Source: Methanobacteriota archaeon
GTDB lineage: Archaea > Thermoplasmatota > Thermoplasmata > SG8-5 > JAGLSY01
DNA: 64,000 nt
Direction: 5' to 3'
Assembly (NCBI GenBank): GCA_020696385.1
Contig: JAEHCQ010000002.1
Location: 128,001-192,000, forward strand
This document shows positions 7,995-17,995 of the stretch, piece after piece. The notes beneath the pieces were generated by a model. The model was not told where the DNA came from and made no database searches. It worked only from the letters and a program-made list of their open reading frames with translations. The translations under genes and the position numbers were made by a program. The first letter of the stretch is position 1. Each line of letters opens with the position of its first letter.

Positions 7995-9194
7995 TCAACC
8001 CAATCCGCGAGACTTCAACAGACTTCGAACCTTGTCAGCTAGCACAGTGGATGGAATGTCAGGAAGTGATATCAGGGTCGTCTTTCCAACATGACCCTTG
8101 CCAGATATTCTGAGGCTCAATAATCCATGACCATCCAGCTCCTTTAGATATTCCCAGAACCTGGTATGTGCCCGAGGAGTTTGTTCAAATTCCTCGGAGG
8201 CCAAAGCGTATGCCTTCTCAGCCTCACTGGTCGTGATATAGGCCTTGGATCTTATGGCCATGGATATCCCTAATAATGTCAGAAGTTTGTGATCGGACAA
8301 CGGGGTCATGATGGATTCAGTTATCACCGAATGTGTCATGGCTTTTGCAGATCTGATGTGATCCGGATAGATCATATCAGAACTGCCCTCACTGGCGATC
8401 ATGCCGGAATTCTCCAAAAGTTCTATTCCAAAACGGGCATCGCCCCATTCGGAAGAGATGTCCGCGATAAGCTCCACTGTATCATCCTCGATGGTTCCCG
8501 GATACAGGGCCAGTTCCACCCTGTCCCTTAGAATGTCCCATAATTGTTCCTTATCATAATTATCGAATTGGATCGTGTTGGTTCGCTTGAAAGTTGATAA
8601 TGTGGCCGGGTCGAGGAACTCGTAGATCGGTCTCTGGGATATCAGAAGAAGTGATAGGCGATGATCACCGCCCATATTCTCCTCGTCGAACCTGGATAGC
8701 GCATAAAGAAGATCTGTGCCAGATCTCTTAATCAGAACATTGATCTCATCGAGAACGACGATGAGATTGACATTTCTCTTATCGATGTGTTTTCTCAGTA
8801 TCTCCAGCATCTCCGTGGTCGAGAAGCCGCGATCCGGAAAGCCCTTGTCAAAATGATCGATTATTTTCAGAAGCACGCTGGCGGCCGTGTTCCTCGCACG
8901 GCAGTTGACCACCACGAACTCCAATCCCTTGTTCTTCTCATTGGCCCATTCCTTGAAATCAATGCAGAAACGCTTGGACAGAACGGATTTACCAGTACCC
9001 ACATTGCCTGTGAGAAAAGCACGCTGGCTCATATTTCCCTCTACTGTTTGGCGGAATATGGAGAACAGGCGTTGCATCTCCTTGTCCCTGTGCACCAATG
9101 ATTGTGGGACGAATTCAAAGGATAGCTTGGCTGGATCCTTGATTATCTTCTGCTGATACTCGTCAAAGGGAGGCATCTCACTCAACAATATCAT
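7995..9194 (-). CDS. cdc6: ORC1/Cdc6 replication initiator
   Basis: Walker A GNVGTGKS, Walker B IVVLDE, GDAR sensor 2, C-terminal winged helix. Confidence 0.95.
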   Translation of the reverse strand: MILLSEMPPFDEYQQKIIKDPAKLSFEFVPQSLVHRDKEMQRLFSIFRQTVEGNMSQRAFLTGNVGTGKSVLSKRFCIDFKEWANEKNKGLEFVVVNCRARNTAASVLLKIIDHFDKGFPDRGFSTTEMLEILRKHIDKRNVNLIVVLDEINVLIKRSGTDLLYALSRFDEENMGGDHRLSLLLISQRPIYEFLDPATLSTFKRTNTIQFDNYDKEQLWDILRDRVELALYPGTIEDDTVELIADISSEWGDARFGIELLENSGMIASEGSSDMIYPDHIRSAKAMTHSVITESIMTPLSDHKLLTLLGISMAIRSKAYITTSEAEKAYALASEEFEQTPRAHTRFWEYLKELDGHGLLSLRISGKGHVGKTTLISLPDIPSTVLADKVRSLLKSRGLG

Positions 9195-9306
9195 GCTTGT
9201 ATAAAGAATATTTCTTGATATGGTGATGATATAATGATTATGATATGATGATAAAGAAAAAATATGGATGATAGATCAATCATTGATATGATATAAAATT
9301 GATAAA

Positions 9307-9546
9307 TCAATCATTTATGTTGAGAGCTATCAATGTTTCGGTTGATTTGATCCCCTCAACAGCTCTCACATCATTCACTACTTGTGAGAGCATGGTGGCA
9401 ACATTGTCGCCAGTGATGGTCACAATAATATCATAGGTTCCAGTGACGACATCGACATGACCAATCCCTTCCAAGGTCTTGACTATATCGACCACTTCCT
9501 CCAAATGGCCAGTTCCCACTTTAATTAGAACGTATATGGTTTCCAT
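9307..9546 (-). CDS. Lrp/AsnC ligand-binding (RAM) domain protein
   Basis: YVLIKV...VTGTYDII...GIKSTETLI; ATG at 9546. Confidence 0.85.
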   Translation of the reverse strand: METIYVLIKVGTGHLEEVVDIVKTLEGIGHVDVVTGTYDIIVTITGDNVATMLSQVVNDVRAVEGIKSTETLIALNIND

Positions 9547-9577
9547 TATCTCACTTCCAAACAGAATATTGAGATAA

Positions 9578-9748
9578 TCATTCCATGGAGATCGCGGTGC
9601 TTGGGCACTCGTCAACGCAGATTCCGCAATCAATGCATGAATCAGCATCCACTTTGGCGACATCGTTCATGGCGATGGCTCCTTCTGGGCAAGCATCGAC
9701 ACAGATACCGCAAGCGGTGCAATCTTCTGATTTTACAACAGCTGGCAT
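9578..9748 (-). CDS. 2x[4Fe-4S] ferredoxin, 56 aa (absent from the ORF track)
   Basis: Own translation MPAVVKSEDCTACGICVDACPEGAIAMNDVAKVDADSCIDCGICVDECPSTAISME; two CxxCxxCxxxCP motifs; GGAGG SD. Confidence 0.95.
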   Translation of the reverse strand: MPAVVKSEDCTACGICVDACPEGAIAMNDVAKVDADSCIDCGICVDECPSTAISME

Positions 9749-10094
9749 ATTCATCCTCCTATACTATATTGAACTGAACCATGATATGATAAGGGGTTTA
9801 AATTCCTTGCGCATGGGTGTAGCTGATATTGTTACATATTATGACATACTATCATAAATATGCAGAAATATTTGATAAGTAAGCGGTTGCCGTAAGATCG
9901 ACATTAAATGAATGATTTACCGCAGCGAGTGTACCGCTGCGAATTTGATCTTATGGCCTGGAATGTGAACTTTCAGATCCGTTATAATACGATTTAATAT
10001 CTTTAGGATCTGATAGTTCGCAGAAGATTATTTATAATGCAAAATGGATAGCTTTCATGGAGCGAATTCGGTGTTCGTTTCGGAGGAGTAGAAC

Positions 10095-10343
10095 GTGGGC
10101 ACAATAGATAAGTATAGCTTAGACAGGTTGAAAGGAGCGAGGATCGAGATCTCTTTTGACTGTCCGCAATGCAAAAAACAGAGAATCGATATGATCGCGG
10201 ACGGTGATCTTGACTTCTGGGATGGAGTTAAGTGTAGAAAATGTGGCGCAAATATAATCCTGGATAGCTTCAGCCTCGCTGTCATCAAGGAGAATGGCAG
10301 ATCGGTAGCCAGTAACCCGAGTGAGACTGCGGCTGTGACCTGA
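10095..10343 (+). CDS. Small zinc-finger protein
   Basis: CPQC...CRKC; GGAGG SD before GTG. Confidence 0.7.
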   Translation: MGTIDKYSLDRLKGARIEISFDCPQCKKQRIDMIADGDLDFWDGVKCRKCGANIILDSFSLAVIKENGRSVASNPSETAAVT

Positions 10344-10481
10344 ATTAAGCATATATCGAGTCATTTAGAAGATAATTGACAATTTATCTTAGATAGAGAT
10401 GACCATCTCGATTTTTAATGACAATCTCGATATCAAAGGTTATCCGATAATCATAAGTCAGCGTAGTTGATACCATCAGCC

Positions 10482-11489
10482 ATGAGACTCTTGATCGAAT
10501 TATCCGGAGAACAGCCAGCCATGGCTTTGTCCGAGGCCATGGGCGCGTGCCGTTCTTTATCATTAGATAAAGCCACTGAACTGGTAGATCAAGATGCTGG
10601 AATGGCGGTCATTGATACGAACGCCACACCAGAGGATCTCGCTTCTCGTCTGGCTCTGTGCTGGAACATATCGGAGTATCTTTTCTCCTTCATGGATGCG
10701 GACATTGACGAGCTCTTCGGAGCAATGGATCTCGATGGTAGATCTTTCGCCATCAGGGTGAAAAGAACCCACGATATATGGATCCCCGAGGACAGCCAGC
10801 ATCTCATAGACAGGGTTGGCCAGGTGCTTGGAAAGACTGGCCATGTCGACCTTAAGAATCCGGATGTCACACTCAGGATCATCATGGGTAAAAGACTTCA
10901 TGTCGGTTTGCTCCGACATGAAATCGATCGCAAGAGCTTCGAGGCCCGGAAACCCAAGGATAGGCCCTTTTCCCACCCGATAAGCCTGCATCCGAGGTAT
11001 GCGAGAGTACTGGTGAACCTCGCGCATGTGCATGCTGGCGACAGGTTGCTAGATCCCTTCTGCGGCACTGGAGGCATACTTATTGAGGGGGGACTGGTCG
11101 GAGCTGAGATCATGGGCTCCGACATAGATGCGAGGATGATCGAGGGGTGTGAGATGAACCTCAAGCATTTTCTCGGTAAGGGGGGGGAATTCCAACTGCT
11201 CAAATTGGATGTGGCAGATATTGAAAAGTTCGGAAAGGTGGATGCGATCGTGACCGATCCACCATATGGACGATCTGCCAGCACTGCGAAAGAAGACGTG
11301 GAAGAGCTTTACATAAGAGCCTTCGAATCTTTTGTAAAGGTATTGAAACCTAGTGGGCGTTTGGCAATCGTGTTCCCCGATATGGAATTCGTGAAGCTGG
11401 CGGAAGAATACCTGAACCTTTTGGAGGTCCACGATCTCTTCGTCCATGGTAGCCTCACAAGGCATTTCTGTGTTTTCGAAAAGAAATAA
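10482..11489 (+). CDS. trm11: tRNA m2G10 methyltransferase (Trm11/TrmG10; THUMP + MTase)
   Basis: THUMP-like region, RPFSHPISLHP, LDPFCGTGG, TDPPYG, HGSLTR. Confidence 0.9.
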   Translation: MRLLIELSGEQPAMALSEAMGACRSLSLDKATELVDQDAGMAVIDTNATPEDLASRLALCWNISEYLFSFMDADIDELFGAMDLDGRSFAIRVKRTHDIWIPEDSQHLIDRVGQVLGKTGHVDLKNPDVTLRIIMGKRLHVGLLRHEIDRKSFEARKPKDRPFSHPISLHPRYARVLVNLAHVHAGDRLLDPFCGTGGILIEGGLVGAEIMGSDIDARMIEGCEMNLKHFLGKGGEFQLLKLDVADIEKFGKVDAIVTDPPYGRSASTAKEDVEELYIRAFESFVKVLKPSGRLAIVFPDMEFVKLAEEYLNLLEVHDLFVHGSLTRHFCVFEKK

Positions 11490-11498
11490 TTTGAAGAT

Positions 11499-13070
11499 CT
11501 AAGAATTACTCAGTTCCAGGGATATCGTAAGCTCCTTCATGAACTCGTCCTCAAGACCCTGCGAGTTCTCCCTGGCATAGACGCGAATGGTCACATTGCC
11601 AGCTGAATTTGGTGGTATGGTGATCTGCAGTGTGATATTGACCGTATTTTGAAAGCCTGGCTCGATGATCAATTCCGTACTGGGATCTGAATTATCGCCC
11701 TCAAGCCACATTGTGACATCTGCCAGACTGTGATTCGTACTGGTGACCCCGATGGATACATTGGAATTCACATTGCCATTGTATGATAATAATATCATTT
11801 CTGTTTCATTCGTCCATTTTGTGGGGGATGTGTATTTTTCAATGGATCTGGAATCTGTTAGATTATCGTCGATCCCTACCAGATGGAATTGCATATCGTA
11901 GTGAACTGGCTCATAGCTAAATGGAATGGGGACAAAGCACATCACGAGTATGAGGGCGGTCGCCACCCCCAGTGCCTTCCTCTTGCCATCCAATTTCGTG
12001 ATATCGTTCAATGGTGGCGGATGTCTCAGGCCCATCATCATTATCAGCATGGCGAAAATTATCCAGCCAGTGTACCACAATCCCAATATCAGCATGAGAC
12101 CAAAGGCCGCGTAACTGGCATACCTCGCTTTGTCACCCAGAACAGCCCGGGCTATATGTCCGCCATCTAACTGGCCAGCAGGAAGAAGATTAAGAGCGGT
12201 GACAAATATTCCCATCCAACCAGCGAAGGCCAGTGGATGGAGAACTATATCTTCGGGAATGAAAAGAAGGGTCCTGATCATGAGGAAGAAGGTGGACTCG
12301 CCTATCATCCAGGAACCACCGCTGGCATCACCGTAGCCAGCGGGTATGGAGATGTCCGCCGACAGGATAAGTCCTATCGCGGTGATCGGGATAGCAACGA
12401 GGAAACCCGCGATGGGGCCTGATATTCCGATATCCAGCAATGCCTTCTTATTTGGTATTGGTTCCCTGATACTGATAAATGCGCCCATCGTGCCCAGTGG
12501 GGGTATGAATATCGGGGGTACGGGGATGAAGAAGGGAAGTGAGGCGGCCACACCATGTTTCTTGGCAGCCCAATAATGAGCCATCTCATGCACGCCCAGT
12601 ATGAGCATCAAAGGCAGGGCGAAAAACACTGCCCCATTAGCCAGATTGCTGAAAGTGAATATATCCGTGTATGAAGTGAAGCCAATGGAATTCTCCGGGA
12701 TGAGGATTATCCAAAGAATCGCGCCTGCCAGTATGGTGGTGATGATAGTCGCGAAGAGCATGATGATATTGATATTCTTGCTCTTGAACTTCATTTCCGG
12801 TTGCTTCACGACATGGATTATGTATTCCCCACCCTTGTATTTCAGAATAGGTATGAAGTTACTGGATTTCATCTCCACCCGGAGGGCTTCGAAGCCACCC
12901 TCCAGTTTATCTGCCTCGATATTGCAGGACAATGAAATTGTATTGAACTCCACACGTACTTCGTATATTGGAAAATACTTGCCCACGATACCCTTGACTG
13001 TCTCAAGATCATCTGGAAAGCTTTCTGGCCTCGGTGGTGGAGGTAAATTGGACCAACTATCCATATACAT
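11499..13070 (-). CDS. Site-2 protease (M50 family) with C-terminal extracellular beta domain
   Basis: HEMAH, GPIAG, NLLPAGQLDGGH; multiple TM helices. Confidence 0.92.
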   Translation of the reverse strand: MYMDSWSNLPPPPRPESFPDDLETVKGIVGKYFPIYEVRVEFNTISLSCNIEADKLEGGFEALRVEMKSSNFIPILKYKGGEYIIHVVKQPEMKFKSKNINIIMLFATIITTILAGAILWIILIPENSIGFTSYTDIFTFSNLANGAVFFALPLMLILGVHEMAHYWAAKKHGVAASLPFFIPVPPIFIPPLGTMGAFISIREPIPNKKALLDIGISGPIAGFLVAIPITAIGLILSADISIPAGYGDASGGSWMIGESTFFLMIRTLLFIPEDIVLHPLAFAGWMGIFVTALNLLPAGQLDGGHIARAVLGDKARYASYAAFGLMLILGLWYTGWIIFAMLIMMMGLRHPPPLNDITKLDGKRKALGVATALILVMCFVPIPFSYEPVHYDMQFHLVGIDDNLTDSRSIEKYTSPTKWTNETEMILLSYNGNVNSNVSIGVTSTNHSLADVTMWLEGDNSDPSTELIIEPGFQNTVNITLQITIPPNSAGNVTIRVYARENSQGLEDEFMKELTISLELSNS

Positions 13071-13112
13071 TGATATAAAACGGGGTACTTAATAAGATTA
13101 TGCAAGAATAGT

Positions 13113-15824
13113 TTATTCATCCTTGGCTGGCTTCTTCTTTTTGGATTTTTGTGCCAGTTCGATAGCACGCTCTCTCATCTCTCTGGCTTTTTCAGGGTCT
13201 TTACCAGGGACTGATACCTGAGCGAAATCAGGCTTCCCACCACCGCCAGTCTTGAATTCCTGGGCAATTAACTTAGCTGTGGATCCACAGTCGATCTCTC
13301 CCGATGAATCAGTTATATAAAGGACAGGTGGTTTTTCTTCAATGTTCAGGGCTGCGAAGGAATTGGGATATTGAGATATCAACATTGAGGTGTTCTTTGC
13401 CATTGCGATTGAGCCAGGCACTGTAGTATTGATGTAAAAAGTACCATCCACTTCTTTTGCATTTTCTCTGATCTTATCAACCAATTCTGTTGAATCCTTC
13501 TTCTCATCCTTCTTCTGAGCCCTGGATTTCTCCTTCCATTCTTTGTGCATGTTCTCCACGGTCTCGGTGATCTTCTCATGGCTGACACCCAATATCTCAC
13601 TGGTGGTGGACACCGTATCATGATGAGTCTTCATCCATTCATACAGGGGACGGCCAGCAATGAATTCCAATCTTAGAACCCCATCCTGAATTCTCCTGGT
13701 TCTCAGTAACTTGATGGGGCCGATCTCAGTTGTTCGGGAGCAGTGAATTCCACCGCAGGCTTCCACATCAACACCTCTCACATCGATTATCCTCAGCTCA
13801 CGGCCAGGCACCGCACCGCCCTGGTACAGCCTCATACCGTACTTCTTCTCGGCATCGGTCCTGTTCATGATATAAGAATCAACTGGAATGTCCGCTATGA
13901 CATAGGCATTGGCCTTTTCCTCTATCTCCTGGAACTGCTCCGGAGTTAGGCTGGCATAGTGTGTGATATCCAATCGAGCCATGTCCTCGCTCTTGTGCGC
14001 GCCGCTCTGCCAGATATGGTTTCCCAGAACCTCCCGAGCCGCGGCATTTATCAGATGCACCGCTGTGTGATGGCGCATGAGCTGTCTTCGGCGTGGCCAG
14101 TTCAATTTTCCTGTAACTTCCATGCCTTCAGTGATCACATGGTCTTCGGTGTCGATCGTATGGACCACCACATTTCCTATTGCCTGAACATCGGTTACCT
14201 TATATCCGCCCAGGGTGCCAGTATCATTCTCCTGGCCACCGCCTTCAGCATAGAAATATGTCTTATCCAGGACTATGTCCTTTCCAATGACCTTGATGGC
14301 CTTGGCCTTGAAATCATGAATGTGGGAATCCGTGTAATATCCTAGCTCCGTGGGTGGAGCATCGATCTTCCGGATCTCGCCAGCATCCTCCTTTTTCTCG
14401 GGGGCCTCATGCCTTGTGGCAACAGCCTGGTAGAAATCATCGGGTATATCAAAATCATAACTGGCAAAGTCCTGGACCACCTCGGGATTCAGTCCATGAG
14501 AATCGTAAAGATCCACTAATTGCTCGGTGCCAAAGGTCTTGTTCTCGACCTTCATCTTCTCCTCCAACCTGGCAATCAGGGAGTGCCCCTTCTTCAAAGT
14601 CTCCTTATATTTCCTGGATTCCACCTCTACCAATTCCATGATGTCCTGGCCATTCTCCTTGAATTCCGGGAACTCTTCCTTGAAATAGTCAATGTGGGAG
14701 GAGACTATCTCCACCAATGGTATGTCAAGGTTCAGGGCGGTGAGGGCGCGCGTGGCCCGTCTCACCAGTAGCCTGGCAAAGTAGCCGGCCTTTACATTGG
14801 ACGGTACTATTCCATCATTGAGCATGAATGTGAGCGCGCGTGTGTGATCGCATACGACATAGATATTCTCCATCGGCTTTGTCTCAGCCTCCAACTGTTC
14901 GAGGGTCAGATCCAGTCGATTGGCAACCTGCTGTCTGAGCTCTCGCAGGCTACCAGTATTATCTATGTTCAATAGACCGGAAACCCGTGAGAATTCGCCA
15001 AGGATCTTGGTATCTGGCTTGATACCTGTGAGTGTTTTCAATTTATCCAGTGGTGGGCCGAAAACAGCCTCGTATGCACTGGATGTTCCCTGGGATATCC
15101 AGGACAATCTTTCCAGGCCATAGCCAGTATCGACCACCTGCATGTCCAGCTTGGTCTTATTTCCACCAGATTCGGCATACATCATGAAAACCAAGGTTGC
15201 CAGTTCGACACCATCTACCATGACCTCCAGACAGGGGCCAGAATTTCCACCGCCCTTCCAATCAGCCTCAATATAGCTCAGCCTGTCATCTGGAATTCCA
15301 AAATCCTCCCTATACAGCTTATCGCAAAGCTCGACAGTCCTGTCCTTGAAATAAATGAATTTGTCCTGTTTATTGAAGACATGATGAGCCATCATCTCGA
15401 ACATGGTGAAATGACTGCCAGTCCTTCCCACATTGTCTATGTCATTGAATCTGACGCATGTCTGGGATATCGTAAGTGGATTGGCTGGTGGTTCCACAAC
15501 ACCACTTATAACCCATGGTTGAAAACCATAGATGGAAGCCTGGGTGAAGAAAACATCGTCTCTCCATCTGGCAGTGATCGGATATCTCTTTATCCTTGTG
15601 TGATCGTGCTTTTCGAAGAAGCTCAAATACTTCTCCCTGGTCTCATGTAGCGAGTGTTTTTCCTTCGTGGGGGGATTGCCTATGAAGGAATACTCTATGC
15701 ACGGAGATTCGCCGCAAAGGTCCCTCTCGGTCCTGGCCCAGAAGAAGCGGCCGCACTTGCCGCACTGCTGCCTGATGAAGTCTTCTGTCTTGAAGAAATC
15801 CAGTTCGTACTCGCTCGCGGTCAT
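13113..15824 (-). CDS. alaS: Alanine--tRNA ligase (archaeal type)
   Basis: N-terminal CxxC, HFTMFEM, DTGYGLER, DHTR, editing HTAVH...CGGIH, GGGGKP DHHA1. Confidence 0.98.
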   Translation of the reverse strand: MTASEYELDFFKTEDFIRQQCGKCGRFFWARTERDLCGESPCIEYSFIGNPPTKEKHSLHETREKYLSFFEKHDHTRIKRYPITARWRDDVFFTQASIYGFQPWVISGVVEPPANPLTISQTCVRFNDIDNVGRTGSHFTMFEMMAHHVFNKQDKFIYFKDRTVELCDKLYREDFGIPDDRLSYIEADWKGGGNSGPCLEVMVDGVELATLVFMMYAESGGNKTKLDMQVVDTGYGLERLSWISQGTSSAYEAVFGPPLDKLKTLTGIKPDTKILGEFSRVSGLLNIDNTGSLRELRQQVANRLDLTLEQLEAETKPMENIYVVCDHTRALTFMLNDGIVPSNVKAGYFARLLVRRATRALTALNLDIPLVEIVSSHIDYFKEEFPEFKENGQDIMELVEVESRKYKETLKKGHSLIARLEEKMKVENKTFGTEQLVDLYDSHGLNPEVVQDFASYDFDIPDDFYQAVATRHEAPEKKEDAGEIRKIDAPPTELGYYTDSHIHDFKAKAIKVIGKDIVLDKTYFYAEGGGQENDTGTLGGYKVTDVQAIGNVVVHTIDTEDHVITEGMEVTGKLNWPRRRQLMRHHTAVHLINAAAREVLGNHIWQSGAHKSEDMARLDITHYASLTPEQFQEIEEKANAYVIADIPVDSYIMNRTDAEKKYGMRLYQGGAVPGRELRIIDVRGVDVEACGGIHCSRTTEIGPIKLLRTRRIQDGVLRLEFIAGRPLYEWMKTHHDTVSTTSEILGVSHEKITETVENMHKEWKEKSRAQKKDEKKDSTELVDKIRENAKEVDGTFYINTTVPGSIAMAKNTSMLISQYPNSFAALNIEEKPPVLYITDSSGEIDCGSTAKLIAQEFKTGGGGKPDFAQVSVPGKDPEKAREMRERAIELAQKSKKKKPAKDE

Positions 15825-15892
15825 TGATTGGGAGAATAAGAGGGCGTTAATAAAGTTAATTAGTAAGTTATGATAAGAATATAATAATATAT

Positions 15893-15982
15893 TGGTGCAC
15901 GAACCACAATTGGGAAAATAATAGGGTATGGTGTATGAACCACAGAATGGAATACACTGAGATATTGGTTAATACACCACAT
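15893..15982. promoter_or_regulatory. Three phased TGGT-N6-ACCA palindromic sites (operator-like)
   Basis: TGGTGCACGAACCA 15893, TGGTGTATGAACCA 15929, TGGTTAATACACCA 15966; spacing 36-37 bp. Confidence 0.5.
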
Positions 15983-16159
15983 AACCTCTGTTGATTATTG
16001 ATTTTATTCGGTTATATGGTGTATTCCCCGGTTATAACCAAACTCCGTTTATATAGGATAATTGACAATTGTCATAATGGGCAGAATAATAGGCAGGAGT
16101 AAGAGGAGGCACCAAGACCTGACGGGCAATGAGTAGATAGTCGGGTCTAATATGACATA

Positions 16160-16441
16160 GTGAAGGGTCTATCCAGGTTCTTAACAGTGTCAAAGCCTAT
16201 TGGGTCACCCAGGAGGGTGCGAATGAAAAAAGAAAAGGGATACGAATACGAACTATACATCACCAACCTCGATCCGGAAAGGAAGAGGACGAAAAGCATT
16301 GGGCTTAGTTCTAACGTTAGCTTTTCATCGGATACTGGCATGGATTTCTGCAATCTGGGGTTCTGCAATATCCGATTAAAGGGGACATTCAAACCAGAGG
16401 TGACCCGATTGCCCACACACAAAAATGTCATGATCGCTTAA
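16160..16441 (+). pseudogene. Possible degraded IS4/ISH3-like transposase fragment
   Basis: YELYITNL and FCNLGFCN resemble the (F/Y)xTNL and LYNxW..N segments of DDE transposases; weak. Confidence 0.25.
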
Positions 16442-16479
16442 GCATGACATGTATTATTCAAAATCAATATCAAAAATGA

Positions 16480-16517
16480 TTGTTTAGCTTGAGCCAAAAA
16501 AAGCTCAAGCTGAACAA
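16480..16517 (-). terminator. Stem-loop downstream of the coiled-coil/zinc-ribbon gene
   Basis: TTGTTTAGCTTGAGC / GCTCAAGCTGAACAA inverted repeat. Confidence 0.55.
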
Positions 16518-16548
16518 TTAAAAAAAAGCTAGAAAATTAAGCTTTCGT

Positions 16549-17874
16549 TTAGATCACTTTCTTTTTGGCAACCTTTTCCTGCTCGATCTGAGTTCCGCAA
16601 GCATAGCACATGACAGCGTCTCCACCGATCATCGTACCACAAGATGGACAAGCAATCTCTTCATCGCCGTCACCGCCAGCTGCCTCTTCTTCAGCAGGTG
16701 CATCATCGCCGCCAGCATCTTCGATCTGGGTTCCACAAGCATAGCACATGACTGCATCATCGCTGATCATAGTGCCACAAGATGGACAGGCTTTCTCGCC
16801 GTCGCCGCCAGCTGCCTCAACTGCCTCTTCTTCAGCAGGTGCATCATCGCCGCCAGCATCTTCGATCTGGGTTCCACAAGCATAGCACATGACTGCATCA
16901 CTGCTGATCATAGTGCCACAAGATGGGCATCCTTTCTCGCCTTCGTCACCAGCTGTTTCTTCAGCTGGAGCTTCTTCAACAAGCTCTACCTCGGGCTCCG
17001 CTGGGGCTTCCTCGGTTGGCTCTTCTTCTGCTGGGGCTTCTTCCTCTGCTGGAGCTTCCTCGGTTGGCTCTTCCTCTGCTGGGGCTTCTTCCTCTGCTGG
17101 GGCTTCTTCCTCTGCTGGGGCTTCTTCCTCTGCTGGGGCTTCTTCCTCTGCTGGGGCTTCTTCCTCTGCTGGGGCTTCTTCCTCTGCTGGGGCTTCCTCT
17201 ACAGGTGCTGCCTCGACTGGAGCCGCCGCGGCCTGTGCGGCCATTCCTCTAAGCGACTCTTCTTTCTGAAGGAGCTCCTGCTCTCTCTCCATCAGGCTTT
17301 TACCATCTGCGATGATCTTTTCCTTATTGGAGTTGAGATCCTCCTCTTCCTTGGCCAATGTCTTCTCTCTCTCGAGAAGCTCTTCGCCCTTGGCCATGAG
17401 TTTGTCCACGATTCCCTTTAATTCTTCGTGGGCTTTTACCTGTTCCTCCTCCCTGGTTATGATAACGTTCCTTTTCTCGGCGATCTCGCCCTCGACCTTC
17501 TGGATATCCTCCATCTTTGAGTATATCTCGGTCTCTCGAGTGGCCAGGTCCTGCTGTTTGGTGTTTATCTCAGTCTCCCTGGTCGCGAATCCATTTTCCA
17601 GTTCCTGGATTCTCGCCTTATCACTTTCGAACGCTTGTTTATCTGAATCAAGCTGGCTCTTCATCGAATCTACTTCACTCTTCATTGATTCGATCTCGCT
17701 TGTCTTAGAATTGAGCTCATTTTCTTTAGCCTCAAATGAAGACCTGAGCTCATCAACTTCTTTCTCTTTCTCAGCTAGGCTATTCTCTTTGTTTCGCAGT
17801 TCCTCTTCCTTGCTTTTGAACTGCTCGGCCTGCTTTTGCATGACTTCCCATAGTGATGGTTCTTCTCCGCCCAA
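16549..17874 (-). CDS. Coiled-coil protein with acidic AEEEAP linker and three C-terminal double zinc ribbons
   Basis: ~200 aa heptad region, AEEEAP repeats, 3x CPSCG-x8-CYACG; TTG start with GGAGG SD. Confidence 0.85.
   Translation of the reverse strand: MGGEEPSLWEVMQKQAEQFKSKEEELRNKENSLAEKEKEVDELRSSFEAKENELNSKTSEIESMKSEVDSMKSQLDSDKQAFESDKARIQELENGFATRETEINTKQQDLATRETEIYSKMEDIQKVEGEIAEKRNVIITREEEQVKAHEELKGIVDKLMAKGEELLEREKTLAKEEEDLNSNKEKIIADGKSLMEREQELLQKEESLRGMAAQAAAAPVEAAPVEEAPAEEEAPAEEEAPAEEEAPAEEEAPAEEEAPAEEEAPAEEEPTEEAPAEEEAPAEEEPTEEAPAEPEVELVEEAPAEETAGDEGEKGCPSCGTMISSDAVMCYACGTQIEDAGGDDAPAEEEAVEAAGGDGEKACPSCGTMISDDAVMCYACGTQIEDAGGDDAPAEEEAAGGDGDEEIACPSCGTMIGGDAVMCYACGTQIEQEKVAKKKVI
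17000..17200 (-). repeat. 18-bp coding tandem repeat (AEEEAP)n
   Basis: CTCTGCTGGGGCTTCTTC repeated in tandem. Confidence 0.9.
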
Positions 17875-17995
17875 ATCAATTCCTCCGATATTTTAGTTTA
17901 ATTGCCCAACTGTGCCCAGTAAACATCTGATATATTAAGTAATTTTTGCACGTATTGAGGTGTTAACATACTTAACATACTAAATGAAACTGTTC

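Noticed and set aside
9195-10094. Replication origin next to cdc6
   Set aside because: AT-rich, but I found no convincing ORB (TTCCAGTGGAAAC-like plus G-string) repeats.
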